From assembly GCA_963834815.1 (NCBI GenBank), contig CAWIDA010000009.1, positions 414,863 to 478,862 on the forward strand: a stretch of 64,000 bases of DNA, given 5' to 3'. The notes under the pieces were generated by a model that worked only from the letters and a program-made list of their open reading frames with translations, had not been told where the DNA came from and did no database searches. The translations under genes and the position numbers were made by a program. Shown here one piece after another: positions 29,247 through 41,439 of the stretch. This DNA comes from an uncultured Acidobacteriaceae bacterium. Its GTDB lineage: Bacteria; Acidobacteriota; Terriglobia; Terriglobales; Acidobacteriaceae. The first letter of the stretch is position 1; each line of letters starts with the position of its first letter.

Positions 29247-29426
29247 CTAGAGCTGTTTAGGAATCAGTGTGATGCTCGGGACGCTGGACAAAGCCGCGTA
29301 GCGGCGCCATCTGTTTTAGCCGCGGGCGTAAGCCCGCGGTCCGAATCTATGAATTCTCGCGGAGCCGGCTTCAGCCGGCGGCACCTCTTGTTCCTTCCCC
29401 GTAAACCATTTCCTAAACCGATCTAG
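29247..29426. repeat. Hairpin-rich intergenic element with imperfect terminal inverted repeats (REP/MITE-like), copy A
   Basis: Terminal IR: CTAGAGCTGTTTAGGAATC (29247-29265) versus the reverse complement of ATTTCCTAAACCGATCTAG (29408-29426), 15/19 matches. Internal hairpins are GCCGC-GTA-GCGGC, CCGCGGGC-GTAA-GCCCGCGG and GCCGGC-TTCA-GCCGGC. It shares the blocks AGCCGCGTAGCGGCG and GAGCCGGCTTCAGCCGGCGGCA with the element at 56742-57067, at the same spacing of about 70 nt. Confidence 0.6.
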
Positions 29427-30595
29427 CTGGCCACGCTGCTTGCGGCCACGGGCACCAACTCGCCATTCCGAATGTAGTAGTCGCGATCGCGCCAGCGAAT
29501 GGTGCTGCGGGTAAAGCTCGCCAGCCAGATCACGAAAGCCATGGCGTCCCAGACGGGAATTAACGCCAAACCCTGCCATGGTACGGGTTGCTTCAGCCCC
29601 CAGGACGCGACCTGCAACGTCATAGCGACGCGCAGGCCGAGATAAGCTGCGAGAAAGGCGCCCGCCACGGCCACGGTCGGCGAAATCGCGATCGCGGCCA
29701 ATGACCATGGCAATCCCAGCGTAAAGACCAGGCCCACATGCCCCCAGGGACGCATGTGACGCATCACGACGATCCAGCGCAAGCGCTTTAGAAACAGATC
29801 GCGCAGCGATTGAAAGTCCGCCACCGTCAGCACCGTATACGGGATGAGCTTCACTTCATAGCCCTGCTCCGCGATTAACCGTCCCACCAGCAGGTCGTCC
29901 GCCGGACGGTTCTCGATCATCTCGTAGCCACCGAATCCAGCCAGGCGTGCCCGAGAGGTGGCGATGGTTGGTCCGAGCGCGAACTTCACCCCGTCCAATT
30001 GCCACGCCACCACGATTCCAGGGTAGAAGTCGGAATACATGCCAATGGTTTGCAGCTTCTGCACCAGGGTCTCCTCATCGGTTGGCGCGTAGAAGCAAGT
30101 TACTGCACCCACTTGGGGATCAGCCAGCGGAGCCACTACAGTGCGCAGGTACTCAGGTTCGGCGCGCACATCGCTGTCGTTGATGACGAGTATTTCGTAT
30201 CGCGCCTCTTTGGCGAGTCGCGCTAACTTCGCTACCTTGTCGTTCGTGGCCGCGCGTCCCGAACCGAAGAGCACGCGAATGCTTCGTTCAGGAAAGTCGG
30301 CGATCACCTTCTCTATGATCGGCAAGACGGGGTCAGAGCGATCACCTACACAAAAGACGATTTCGTATTCGGGATAATCCTGGCAGCAGAAACTCGCAAA
30401 ATTCTCGTAGGCGTCAGGATCAAGTCCCCTCACCGGCTTCAAAATGCTTACCGGCGGAGTGAAGACTGGTTGTGCAGCAGGCTCCCTGGCCGAGAGGGTA
30501 AAGAACCGCCATGCGCTGAACAGCGCTATACCATAGTAAATAAAAGGGATGGCGGCAATTACCAGCATCAGATACAACAGCGGCCACGAATCCAT
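29423..30595 (-). CDS. Membrane glycosyltransferase, GT2 superfamily / GT21-like (ceramide glucosyltransferase / HpnI-like)
   Basis: N-terminal TM helix, PPVSILKPVRGLDPD, VINDSDV (a DxD-like motif) and LKRLRWIVVMRH ((Q/R)xxRW-like). The pattern matches HpnI / glucosylceramide-synthase-like enzymes, from memory. Confidence 0.8.
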   Translation of the reverse strand: MDSWPLLYLMLVIAAIPFIYYGIALFSAWRFFTLSAREPAAQPVFTPPVSILKPVRGLDPDAYENFASFCCQDYPEYEIVFCVGDRSDPVLPIIEKVIADFPERSIRVLFGSGRAATNDKVAKLARLAKEARYEILVINDSDVRAEPEYLRTVVAPLADPQVGAVTCFYAPTDEETLVQKLQTIGMYSDFYPGIVVAWQLDGVKFALGPTIATSRARLAGFGGYEMIENRPADDLLVGRLIAEQGYEVKLIPYTVLTVADFQSLRDLFLKRLRWIVVMRHMRPWGHVGLVFTLGLPWSLAAIAISPTVAVAGAFLAAYLGLRVAMTLQVASWGLKQPVPWQGLALIPVWDAMAFVIWLASFTRSTIRWRDRDYYIRNGELVPVAASSVAS

Positions 30596-30687
30596 TCCAC
30601 CTCTCGGGTAAATACAGCCGTCACTTTATTATCGCTGGTTGCGCCGAATATGCAACGGAAAGACGACTGTGCCGGGATCATCAGTGC

Positions 30688-30720
30688 AAAAAAATCGGGC
30701 ACTCGTAAAGAGTGCCCGAT
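30688..30720 (-). terminator. Intrinsic terminator of katG
   Basis: 11-bp stem ATCGGGCACTC (30694-30704) / GAGTGCCCGAT (30710-30720) with a GTAAA loop. On the minus strand it is followed by a T7 run (the A-run at 30688-30694, whose last A can also pair). Confidence 0.7.
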
Positions 30721-30748
30721 AGCTAGCTAATCAGTGGCTGTGCCAAGC

Positions 30749-33524
<2,776 letters not shown>

Positions 33525-33535
33525 ACTTTAAGGAT

Positions 33536-33550
33536 GAGAATGATTATTAG
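33536..33550. promoter_or_regulatory. Candidate Fur/PerR box in the fur leader
   Basis: GAGAATGATTATTAG. Its reverse complement AATAATCATTCT matches 10/12 positions of the GATAATCATTAT part of the classical Fur-box consensus. It lies 12 nt upstream of the fur start. Confidence 0.35.
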
Positions 33551-33706
33551 ACGATGCAGATTATTTTCTGATCGGGGATACGAAAAATAGGCATATCGCC
33601 CCTCACGGCCCAAGCTCAACCGGCAGCCCCGGCTCAGGTCACCGCCACGACTGTCTTAGTTCGAGAAAACTGGGTAACGAAATCGCGTCTCCCGCATCTT
33701 ACATAC

Positions 33707-34486
33707 ATGTTCAAGAAGAATTTCCCGGGGAGGATCGGGCTGTCCCTGGCAGTTGCGTTCCTCGCCTTACAGGCTGTGCCGGCTCTGGCGGCGCAGCCAG
33801 TTGTGGTTGAACTGTTCACCTCCGAAGGCTGCTCGAGTTGCCCTCCGGCTGACGCTTTGCTTACCCAGTTAAACCACATCCACATGGTTGGCGACACGGA
33901 ACTTATCCTCCTGGAAGAGCATGTGGAGTACTGGAACTCTCCGGGATGGACGGACCGCTTCTCCGCGCCCGTCTATACCCAGCGACAGGAAGACTATGTT
34001 AGACAGCTCCACCTGGCGACCGCCTATACGCCGCAGATGGTTGTCGACGGACACCTGCAGGGCTCAGGTGGCAGTGCCAAGACCGTGCAGTCGATGATCA
34101 CCGAGGCGTCGAAGAGTCCTAAGAACTCAGTAGTGTCCTTGCACCTCGTGTCGCCCGACAGACTGCAAGTGAATGTCGAGGATCCCGGGCCGGGATCGCA
34201 CCGCGTGCTCTTCGCCGTCACCGAGAACGACTTGACGTCGAACGTGCGCGGCGGCGAGAACGGTGGACACACCCTCAAACACAGCGCCGTCGTGAGGGAG
34301 TTGCGTTCCTTGGGAAATACTTCCAAGGGACAGTTCGCCACGACAGTCAATCTACCTGCCAAATCGGACTGGAAGAAACCGGACTTGCAGGCTATCGTGC
34401 TGGTTCAGAACCCCAGCTCCGGACTGATTCTCGGAGCGGCTTCGATCCCATACAGCTCGGCCAGTTCCGTCCAGGCCGGCCGCTGA
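33707..34486 (+). CDS. DUF1223 (thioredoxin-like) secreted protein
   Basis: Signal peptide followed by VVVELFTSEGCSSCPPAD, the hallmark of DUF1223. Confidence 0.85.
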   Translation: MFKKNFPGRIGLSLAVAFLALQAVPALAAQPVVVELFTSEGCSSCPPADALLTQLNHIHMVGDTELILLEEHVEYWNSPGWTDRFSAPVYTQRQEDYVRQLHLATAYTPQMVVDGHLQGSGGSAKTVQSMITEASKSPKNSVVSLHLVSPDRLQVNVEDPGPGSHRVLFAVTENDLTSNVRGGENGGHTLKHSAVVRELRSLGNTSKGQFATTVNLPAKSDWKKPDLQAIVLVQNPSSGLILGAASIPYSSASSVQAGR

Positions 34487-34567
34487 TCTAACGCCACTGT
34501 CCGGTAGCATTCAGCAGGTCGCGACGCTCTTGGGGCGAAGCCCTGTCTTTGTCAACTCCCGGCGCAC

Positions 34568-35599
34568 TTGGTGTTAGCCTATAGGTGGATTCGACTGCAC
34601 CCGAGGCACTCATTGTTCCGCATTCTAAAGGCCTTAGTTTTCTTGATTATCAGCGTCGCATGTCTGGCTGACAATTTGACCTACATGCGCATCGAACGGA
34701 CGGTGATTGAGAAGCGTCTGCAAACGGTTCCCGCCACCGATCAGGAACGGGTTGAAACCATCCGGAGCCAGTTCAAGGCCGCGGGTTGCGCTCCCGATCT
34801 CATTCAAGAGCAGGTTGTACCAAACGAAGAACTGCCCAACCTCATTTGCATTGTGCCGGGGCCGGAACCGGGAGCAATTGTGATTGCCGCCCGGCTTGAC
34901 TCGAACGCCCATGGCGAAGAGGCCATGGTGGACTGGGGCAGTCCGGTGATGCTTCCTCTTTTGGCCGAGTCGTTGAGCTCGGCGCCGCACCGACAGACGC
35001 TGATTTTCGCCGCCTTCGCCGGGCACGACCATGGCTTTGCCGGAGCCAACTGGTATCTGAAGCAGTTAAACGACGAGCAGCGCGCCCAAATTGAAGCGAT
35101 GATCGAGATAGACAAGGTTGGACGAACACCGGCGGCTTTCGCCTTCCCTGGCCCGGACACTTCGCGAATGGCCACGGTAGGAAGAAGACCGGTGGCCGTG
35201 GAAGCTGCGCATGAGCCCACAACCTTGAGCAAGGTCCTGCCCATTGCCGCGCGCAGTCTCAAGTTCCCGGAAGACCCCAAGCTGATTAACGACATTCCAG
35301 CGACCGAAGCGCGGGCATTCGAGGCGGCGAATATCCCGTCGATCGTGATTCATTCGGTGGCTTATGCCGAAATTACTCCTCCCGGGAGGTCTCCCGTTCG
35401 ACTTAGTCGTACCGCACTGGATCCTCAGGCATACACCAACACTTACAACCTGATGTGTGTCTATGTTCTTTACCTGGACAAGGTTTACTCCATGGCGAGG
35501 GCCAAAGCGCCGGTGACCAAGACCGCCCAGTCGTCACCCGCTCCGAAGGACAACAGCTCGGCGGCTGCGCAAGTCGCTCCGGGGCGGCTAATCCAGTGA
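34568..35599 (+). CDS. M28 peptidase-like exported protein with apparently substituted metal ligands
   Basis: NLICIVPGPEPGAIVIAARLDSNAHGEEAMVDWGSPVMLPLLAESL...LIFAAFAGHDHGFAGANWY aligns by eye with the M28 core (HxD ... D ... EE). The start is ambiguous between TTG 34568 and TTG 34613. Confidence 0.6.
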   Translation: MVLAYRWIRLHPRHSLFRILKALVFLIISVACLADNLTYMRIERTVIEKRLQTVPATDQERVETIRSQFKAAGCAPDLIQEQVVPNEELPNLICIVPGPEPGAIVIAARLDSNAHGEEAMVDWGSPVMLPLLAESLSSAPHRQTLIFAAFAGHDHGFAGANWYLKQLNDEQRAQIEAMIEIDKVGRTPAAFAFPGPDTSRMATVGRRPVAVEAAHEPTTLSKVLPIAARSLKFPEDPKLINDIPATEARAFEAANIPSIVIHSVAYAEITPPGRSPVRLSRTALDPQAYTNTYNLMCVYVLYLDKVYSMARAKAPVTKTAQSSPAPKDNSSAAAQVAPGRLIQ

Positions 35600-37384
35600 A
35601 AACATCCACTTCTGCGAGTACTGCGCTCACAACCACGCCTTCGAGTTCTGTCGCCGAGCCTCACGTGCCACAACCTCCTCAGGTCGCCGAGGAATCTCCC
35701 ACGAACCCGGTCTTTCGATCCACGGCGCGATTGGTACAGGTGGACGTCGTCGCCACCGACAAGCAGGGCCGCCCGATTCCCGGACTGAAGGAGTCGGACT
35801 TTACTGTCTTGCAGGATGGCAAGCCGCAAAAAGTCCGCGTCTTCGAGCCCCACACTCCCAGCGGCGCGGGTCAGAACGGAGCTGACGTGAATGCTGCTGC
35901 TCCGAAGCTTCCGCCCAACACGTATTCGAACCATCCCAATGCGCCGACGGCTGACAGTTGGACCATCATCCTGTTCGACCTCTTGAACACACCCACGTCC
36001 GACCAGGAGTATGCCCGAAAACAATTGATCGAAATGCTCAGCACTCTGCCCAAGGGACGTCCAGTCTCGCTCTATCTTCTGACCAACCGCCTGACCATGA
36101 TTCAAGGCTTCACCGACGATCCGGAAAAGCTGTTGCAGGCTGCCGAGAGGCTGCGTCCTGCGCGTTCCCATGTGCTAACTACAGAGGCGCAACGGCAGCA
36201 GCAGGTGGGCGCGACTACCAGTGCCAACTACGAGAGCATGGCGGCCGCTCCGGCAGGGACGACGACGGATAACGCTGTGATTATGGACCTCAATTCAGCC
36301 CGGACGCAGCAGCTCCGCGATTTGGAAAGCTTCCAGCTGGCGGACCGCGCTAGTTTCACCTTGGCAGCATTTGAGGGATTGTCACGAGCGGTGTCAGGCT
36401 ACCCGGGACGCAAAAACCTCATCTGGCTGTCGGCGGGCTTCCCGATCCAGATCATGGCCGACCCGACACAGATCAGCCAACCCTGGCGAAACGCAAAGAA
36501 TTTTCAGTCTGCCCTGGCCGGAGCAGGCGTATTGCTGTCCAAATCGCGCATTGCCGTCTATCCCACCGATGTTCGAGGACTGCAGGGACGTGGCGTGGAT
36601 ATCTCGGTAAGTGCGAGCGAATCCACGGAATGGACCGCCGCCCGGAACCCACAGAATTATGGAAATCTCCTGGGGCAGCAAGCCGCCACCTACGCCGACG
36701 AGCGCAAGACCATGAAAGATGTCGCCGATCAAACTGGTGGCCAGGCGTTCATGGGCACGAACGATCTGAAGTTGGCCATGCAGCGAAGCCTGGATGACGG
36801 ATCAACCTATTACACGCTGGCCTACACTCCCGACAAGATTGACCCGGAAACTGCGTTCCATCGCATCGAGGTAAAAGTGGCCCATCCGGACGTCAAACTG
36901 GCTTACAGGCGCGGCTACTACTCAACTCGGGCAGAAGCCACCCAAGCCGGAGGTTGGTGCGGCAGCGTTGCGCGGTGCCCTGCAACCGGGCATGCCCCCG
37001 GCTACCATGGTGTTCTTCACTGCACAGGCATTGCTACCCGACGAGAAGCACAAGGACGTGCGTATCCAGTACATCGTGAATCCTAATTCTGTGACCTTTG
37101 AAGATGTGCCCGACCAGAAGAAGCACATCACCGTGGATTGCATAGCCATCGCCTATGACAGCGAGGGTCACGAGGTGGCGCATGCATCGGACACACTCGA
37201 TGGCGCGATCCCAGCAGCGGCCTATGAGGCGGTCCTGACACACGGTGTTCCTGCGAAACAGGAGATCTCGCTGAAGCCCGGCGTGTATAACCTTCGCCTG
37301 GGCGTCATGGACCGGCCGTCGCAACAGATCGGAACCGTAGACGTCCCGCTGGTGGTGCCGGATGTCACGAGTGCGAAGAAATAG
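35596..37384 (+). pseudogene. VWFA-related acidobacterial-type protein, split by a frameshift near 36922-36940
   Basis: NPVFRSTARLVQVDVVATDKQGRPIPGLKESDFTVLQDGKPQKVRVFE plus a VWA-like body (frame 1, stops at 37086). The C-terminal part continues in frame 2 (..KPPKPEVGAAALRGALQPGMPPATMVFF.. to 37384). The N-terminal boundary is uncertain. GTG 35596 overlaps the upstream stop, and the track start at 35455 lies inside the upstream gene. Confidence 0.6.
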
Positions 37385-37387
37385 CGG

Positions 37388-39226
37388 CTATTTCGATGTC
37401 GCCGCCAGGCTGTTGTAATACTCCTGCAGCACGAAGAAAGCTTTCTTCTTCTGCCCTTCGTTGGACACCAGCCCCTTGCGGTTATAGAAATCCTGAATGC
37501 CCGGCAACTCCCGCCGCGGCGAACGAAAGTCCATAAGAATCCACGGACTGAGCCCGCGCAGAAACGGGATCTGCTTGAGCATGGAGACTTGTTGGCGGTA
37601 AATATTCTCCTGGTACTCCTCCGTCCAGCGCTCGGTGGGCGCGCCGTGCAGACCGAACTTGGCATCACCGCCAAATTCGCTCATGATCAAGGGTTTGTTG
37701 TATTTCGACTTCCACTGCGTGTGGCCAGCCAGTTCTGGCGGGCCCTCGTACCAACCGATGTACTCATTGCATCCCAGCACATCCAGATACTCGCCCAGGG
37801 GATCATCAAGGACCTTGGTGCGGGTACCGTCCGGTGCATCGGGCAATGTTGTCACCAGCAACGCGGCGGTAACCGGGCGAGTCGGATCCTCCGCGTGTGC
37901 TGTGGTGATAAGGCTCTTCAGGAACGCCAGCCGCGGCGGCGTGTTCGGCGTTTCGTTGGCCACCGACCACAGAACAACCGACGCCTTGTTGCGATCGCGC
38001 CGGATCATCTCCTGTAATTGCTTGGTGGCATTGGCCAGTGTCTCTGGATTTTCCCAGTCAATCATCCAGTAAACTGGGACTTCCGACCACACCATTAGAC
38101 CCATCCGGTCGGCCAGCCGCGTCATACGCTCGTCGTGCGGATAGTGCGCCAGTCGCACGAAGTTCGCGCCTAGCTCCTTTGCCCAGCCGAGAAGAGTCTC
38201 GGCATCTTGCTGACTCCAGGCTCGGCCCGAGCGATACGGCGCTTCGGCGTGGATCGACACTCCGCGCAAAAAGATGGGTTTCCCATTGAGCAGGACATTC
38301 TCACCTTGCACTTCAATCGTCCTGAAGCCGATCGAATCCTTCAGTCGGTCGCTACCAACATTGATCTCAACGTCATATTGCTTAGGGTTGCCCGGCGACC
38401 AGCGCTGCAGCTTCGCAGCCGCGAACGTAAATGTAGCGCGCCCATCGGAATTGCTAGCGGCAGTCTGAGTGAGATTCAGCTCCGCAATCTTCACCGTGAC
38501 CTGAGCGCCGGCCTCGGCACCCACGACGTGTACCCAGCCCGAGATGGTGGAAGTTTCCCCTTGTTGCAATTGCAGGGAATAATCGTCAACGAACGTGGAC
38601 GGTGTCTCAATGAGAGACACATCCCGCGTCAAACCGCCGTAATTCCACCAGTCGGTATTCAGCGTGGGGACACCGTCTCGCTTGCGTTGGTTATTGACGT
38701 AGATGACGACGAAGTTGTTGCCGTCGTGGACCAGCGACGTTACCTCGCAATCGAACGTGGTGAACCCGCCTTCGTGGTCGCAGGCTTTACTGCCATTCAC
38801 CCATGCGTGCGAGATGTAATTTGCCGCGCCGATATGAAGGAACGTCCGGGTGTTCGGCTTGCGCTGATACTGGAAGTCTTTCTCGTACCAGACCGTGCCT
38901 TCATAGAAGAACAACGAGTCCCGCTGCGAGTTCCAATCGCCCGGCACCTTCAATGTGGCCGACTTGGCAAAGTCATATTCCACCAGGTTGCTGCTGGTTG
39001 CGGGATTCTGGTTGCGAAAATATCCGTCGGGACGCGGCTGCATGCGAAAGTCGTAGTACCCGTTGTCGTACGGATCGACTACCGCGTGCCAGTCGCCGTT
39101 GAGGCTGATGGTGGTGCGATGGTCAGAATCGATCAGCACGGTGGGCTTCGAGTCTGCCGCCGCATTCAGGTGCGGCAGCACGAGAATCCACAATGCGCCC
39201 ACAAGTCTCGAGAGTTTTCGCAGCAT
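37388..39226 (-). CDS. Glycoside hydrolase family 2 (beta-glucuronidase/beta-galactosidase-like), secreted
   Basis: Signal peptide, then NFVRLAHYPHDERMTRLADRMGLMVWSEVP and LWSVANE (the acid/base Glu context) typical of GH2. Confidence 0.85.
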   Translation of the reverse strand: MLRKLSRLVGALWILVLPHLNAAADSKPTVLIDSDHRTTISLNGDWHAVVDPYDNGYYDFRMQPRPDGYFRNQNPATSSNLVEYDFAKSATLKVPGDWNSQRDSLFFYEGTVWYEKDFQYQRKPNTRTFLHIGAANYISHAWVNGSKACDHEGGFTTFDCEVTSLVHDGNNFVVIYVNNQRKRDGVPTLNTDWWNYGGLTRDVSLIETPSTFVDDYSLQLQQGETSTISGWVHVVGAEAGAQVTVKIAELNLTQTAASNSDGRATFTFAAAKLQRWSPGNPKQYDVEINVGSDRLKDSIGFRTIEVQGENVLLNGKPIFLRGVSIHAEAPYRSGRAWSQQDAETLLGWAKELGANFVRLAHYPHDERMTRLADRMGLMVWSEVPVYWMIDWENPETLANATKQLQEMIRRDRNKASVVLWSVANETPNTPPRLAFLKSLITTAHAEDPTRPVTAALLVTTLPDAPDGTRTKVLDDPLGEYLDVLGCNEYIGWYEGPPELAGHTQWKSKYNKPLIMSEFGGDAKFGLHGAPTERWTEEYQENIYRQQVSMLKQIPFLRGLSPWILMDFRSPRRELPGIQDFYNRKGLVSNEGQKKKAFFVLQEYYNSLAATSK

Positions 39227-39306
39227 GTCAAGAAGTCAGCGTGCTCAGAGAAATTGCCCGCGCCATGGGCATTCACCAGACCGGCGCGCGCAATAGTGCT
39301 AGATCT

Positions 39307-40167
39307 CTACACCATCAACTTGTTCAGGTAGTCGTAACTGATCCGCAGACTCTCAAAGGCCGGAGTGCTGCCATTGTCGCGCTCGACAAAAAAGTGCTTC
39401 ACGCCGGTCTGTTGTGCGGTTTCGATCACTGACTTCCAGTTAATTGTGCCGCTCCCAACTTCGGTGATGTGTTCGGCATCGGGGCCCAGCATCTGCGTCG
39501 TCGGGAAGCCAGCCTGGCGGTCCTTAAGGTGAATCAACTGGATGCGGCTGCCGAACTTCTTCAGCATTGCGATCGGGTCCTGCCCCGCCTGGGTGATCCA
39601 GTAGCAATCCATTTCCAGACATACCAGTTTGGCGTCGGTGTTTTGGGTGATGATGTCGTAACCCGTCGTGTTGCCGAACTTCTGGAACTCATAGTTGTGA
39701 TTGTGGAAGCCGAACTGCATTCCCATGCCCTTGATTTGCGCGCCCCACTTGTTGAACTGGTCCGCCGCCTTCTTGAAGCCGTCGGCCGAGGTCCACATGT
39801 CCTTGGGAAGCATCGGGCAAATCATGTATTGCACGCCCAGTTCCTTGGCGTACTCGAGTTTCGACTCCAGACCGTCGTAATCAAAATGGCCGCTGGGTAC
39901 GGACAGCCCATTGTCAACGATCATGCTCCGCAGTTTTTTCGCCGGATGCGTATAGACGCTCCAGTAGGTCTCGACTTCTTTGTAGCCGATCATGCTGATG
40001 TGGGCGAGAACAGCATTCAGATCTTTTTCGGCCTGTTCGCGCACCGTGTAGAGTTGTACCCCAACCGGAAAGGGCTTGACGGCGCCAAAGGCGAAGGCCA
40101 GGTCCGGCAATGCCAGTGCGCCCAGTCCAGCGGCAGATAATTGCAGGAAATCGCGTCTCGATATCAT
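39307..40167 (-). CDS. Sugar phosphate isomerase/epimerase (xylose isomerase-like TIM barrel) with a Tat signal
   Basis: MISRRDFLQLSAAGLGALALP is a twin-arginine leader. AGGGAG lies about 5 nt upstream of ATG 40167. The track start is 40239. Confidence 0.8.
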   Translation of the reverse strand: MISRRDFLQLSAAGLGALALPDLAFAFGAVKPFPVGVQLYTVREQAEKDLNAVLAHISMIGYKEVETYWSVYTHPAKKLRSMIVDNGLSVPSGHFDYDGLESKLEYAKELGVQYMICPMLPKDMWTSADGFKKAADQFNKWGAQIKGMGMQFGFHNHNYEFQKFGNTTGYDIITQNTDAKLVCLEMDCYWITQAGQDPIAMLKKFGSRIQLIHLKDRQAGFPTTQMLGPDAEHITEVGSGTINWKSVIETAQQTGVKHFFVERDNGSTPAFESLRISYDYLNKLMV

Positions 40168-40202
40168 AGTCTCCCTTTCTCGTACCATTCTGTAACTGCG
40201 AT

Positions 40203-41090
40203 TCAGTGCGGGTGCTGGCCCGTGTAGGGAGCGCAGCATGGCGTTTGCACGGGAGTGAATTCCATCAACTCCACCCGTGTTCCGTCGGGATCATACAAGT
40301 TCAACTGCCACTTCCCATCCTTACCAATCTGCTGTTTCTCATCCTCGGTCGGTTTCCATCCACGCGAACCCAGCAGTTGAGCGGCGTCGCTCATCGCCGG
40401 CACGCCCAGTGCAATGTGATCCAAAATACCCAAAACCTTCGCAGAAGGCGGCTGCCCTTCTTTGACGAGCATATACTCCAGCCACTGCGTCCCCTCTGGA
40501 ACCTGCATGTCCACCCAGTCGCTTTCGCCGTCCTTCATGCCACCGTGCCAATACAGGCGGAATCCCAGAAGGTCTTTGTAAAGTTTGTCCTCCGCATCGC
40601 GATTGTGGACCACGAAACCGGCGTGAATCATAACTTTTGAGACAGGAACCTCGGTATTTCGGGTTACCAGTTCGGGACGGGCTTGCACGAACTCGATCGC
40701 ATTTCCCTCCGGATCTTTCATGGCAAACCAGAGAGCGCCGTCTCCGCCGGTACTGACTTTTTCCGGCACCGTGACTCCATGACTCGCGAGGTATTTCCGT
40801 ACCCCATCAGCGTCCGTAGTTGCGAAAGCCACATGAGCGATCAAAGCTGGTCCGTGGTTGGCCGGCAGCGGCTCCAACTCCACCGATTGGATTCCTACGT
40901 GGTAAACGTTAGGGCGGGACGGCTCCACGGCCAAGCCTAGTAGTCCGGCATAAAAATCTTTTGCCGCCGAGAGATTACTGCTGTAGAACGCCACGTGAGA
41001 GATACCCGTGATCGGAGGCCGTTGCAGATTCGTCTGGCCGTTACAAACTGAGGCGAGAGCGACAATTGCACACAGCACATGATTTCGCAT
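40203..41090 (-). CDS. Two-domain VOC (glyoxalase/bleomycin-resistance/dioxygenase) family protein, secreted
   Basis: Signal peptide plus two VOC modules (ISHVAFYSSNLSAAKDFYAGLLG and LDHIALGVPAMSDAAQLL). Confidence 0.8.
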   Translation of the reverse strand: MRNHVLCAIVALASVCNGQTNLQRPPITGISHVAFYSSNLSAAKDFYAGLLGLAVEPSRPNVYHVGIQSVELEPLPANHGPALIAHVAFATTDADGVRKYLASHGVTVPEKVSTGGDGALWFAMKDPEGNAIEFVQARPELVTRNTEVPVSKVMIHAGFVVHNRDAEDKLYKDLLGFRLYWHGGMKDGESDWVDMQVPEGTQWLEYMLVKEGQPPSAKVLGILDHIALGVPAMSDAAQLLGSRGWKPTEDEKQQIGKDGKWQLNLYDPDGTRVELMEFTPVQTPCCAPYTGQHPH

Positions 41091-41439
41091 AGGTGTGCCT
41101 TGGAGCCGTGGCTCTTAGGTGCCACGGATTATAATTCACAACTCACCGGAACGAATAGAACGGTTGTTCGGGGATCACGTACGTATGTGATGGGCAAAAA
41201 ATTTGGAGCAACTTGGCAGGCTCTCATGGGGTGGGGCCACAAGAACCTGGGAAGCTGCTCCACAAAAGTGCGGGGCCACAGAATCGCTGGGTGAACCTCG
41301 CAAGTCAAAGCTATTCGTTGGGCCGGAAGCCGCGCAATAGCCGAAATATACTAATCTAATGATACCTGTTTTGCCGGTCCGCGGCGTATCCCTGTGACGC
41401 GAATGTAAGCTACAGAAAATAAGATACTTACCGAGATGC

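Noticed and set aside
41091-41439. Hairpins and an inverted repeat (CCGTGGC..GCCACGG at 41105-41126; ATCAC-N8-GTGAT at 41173-41190) in the spacer between the VOC gene and the response-regulator gene. I considered them as a terminator or operator.
   Set aside because: No T-tract follows either hairpin in the relevant orientation. With a single occurrence I cannot distinguish them from chance palindromes, so they are not reported as features.
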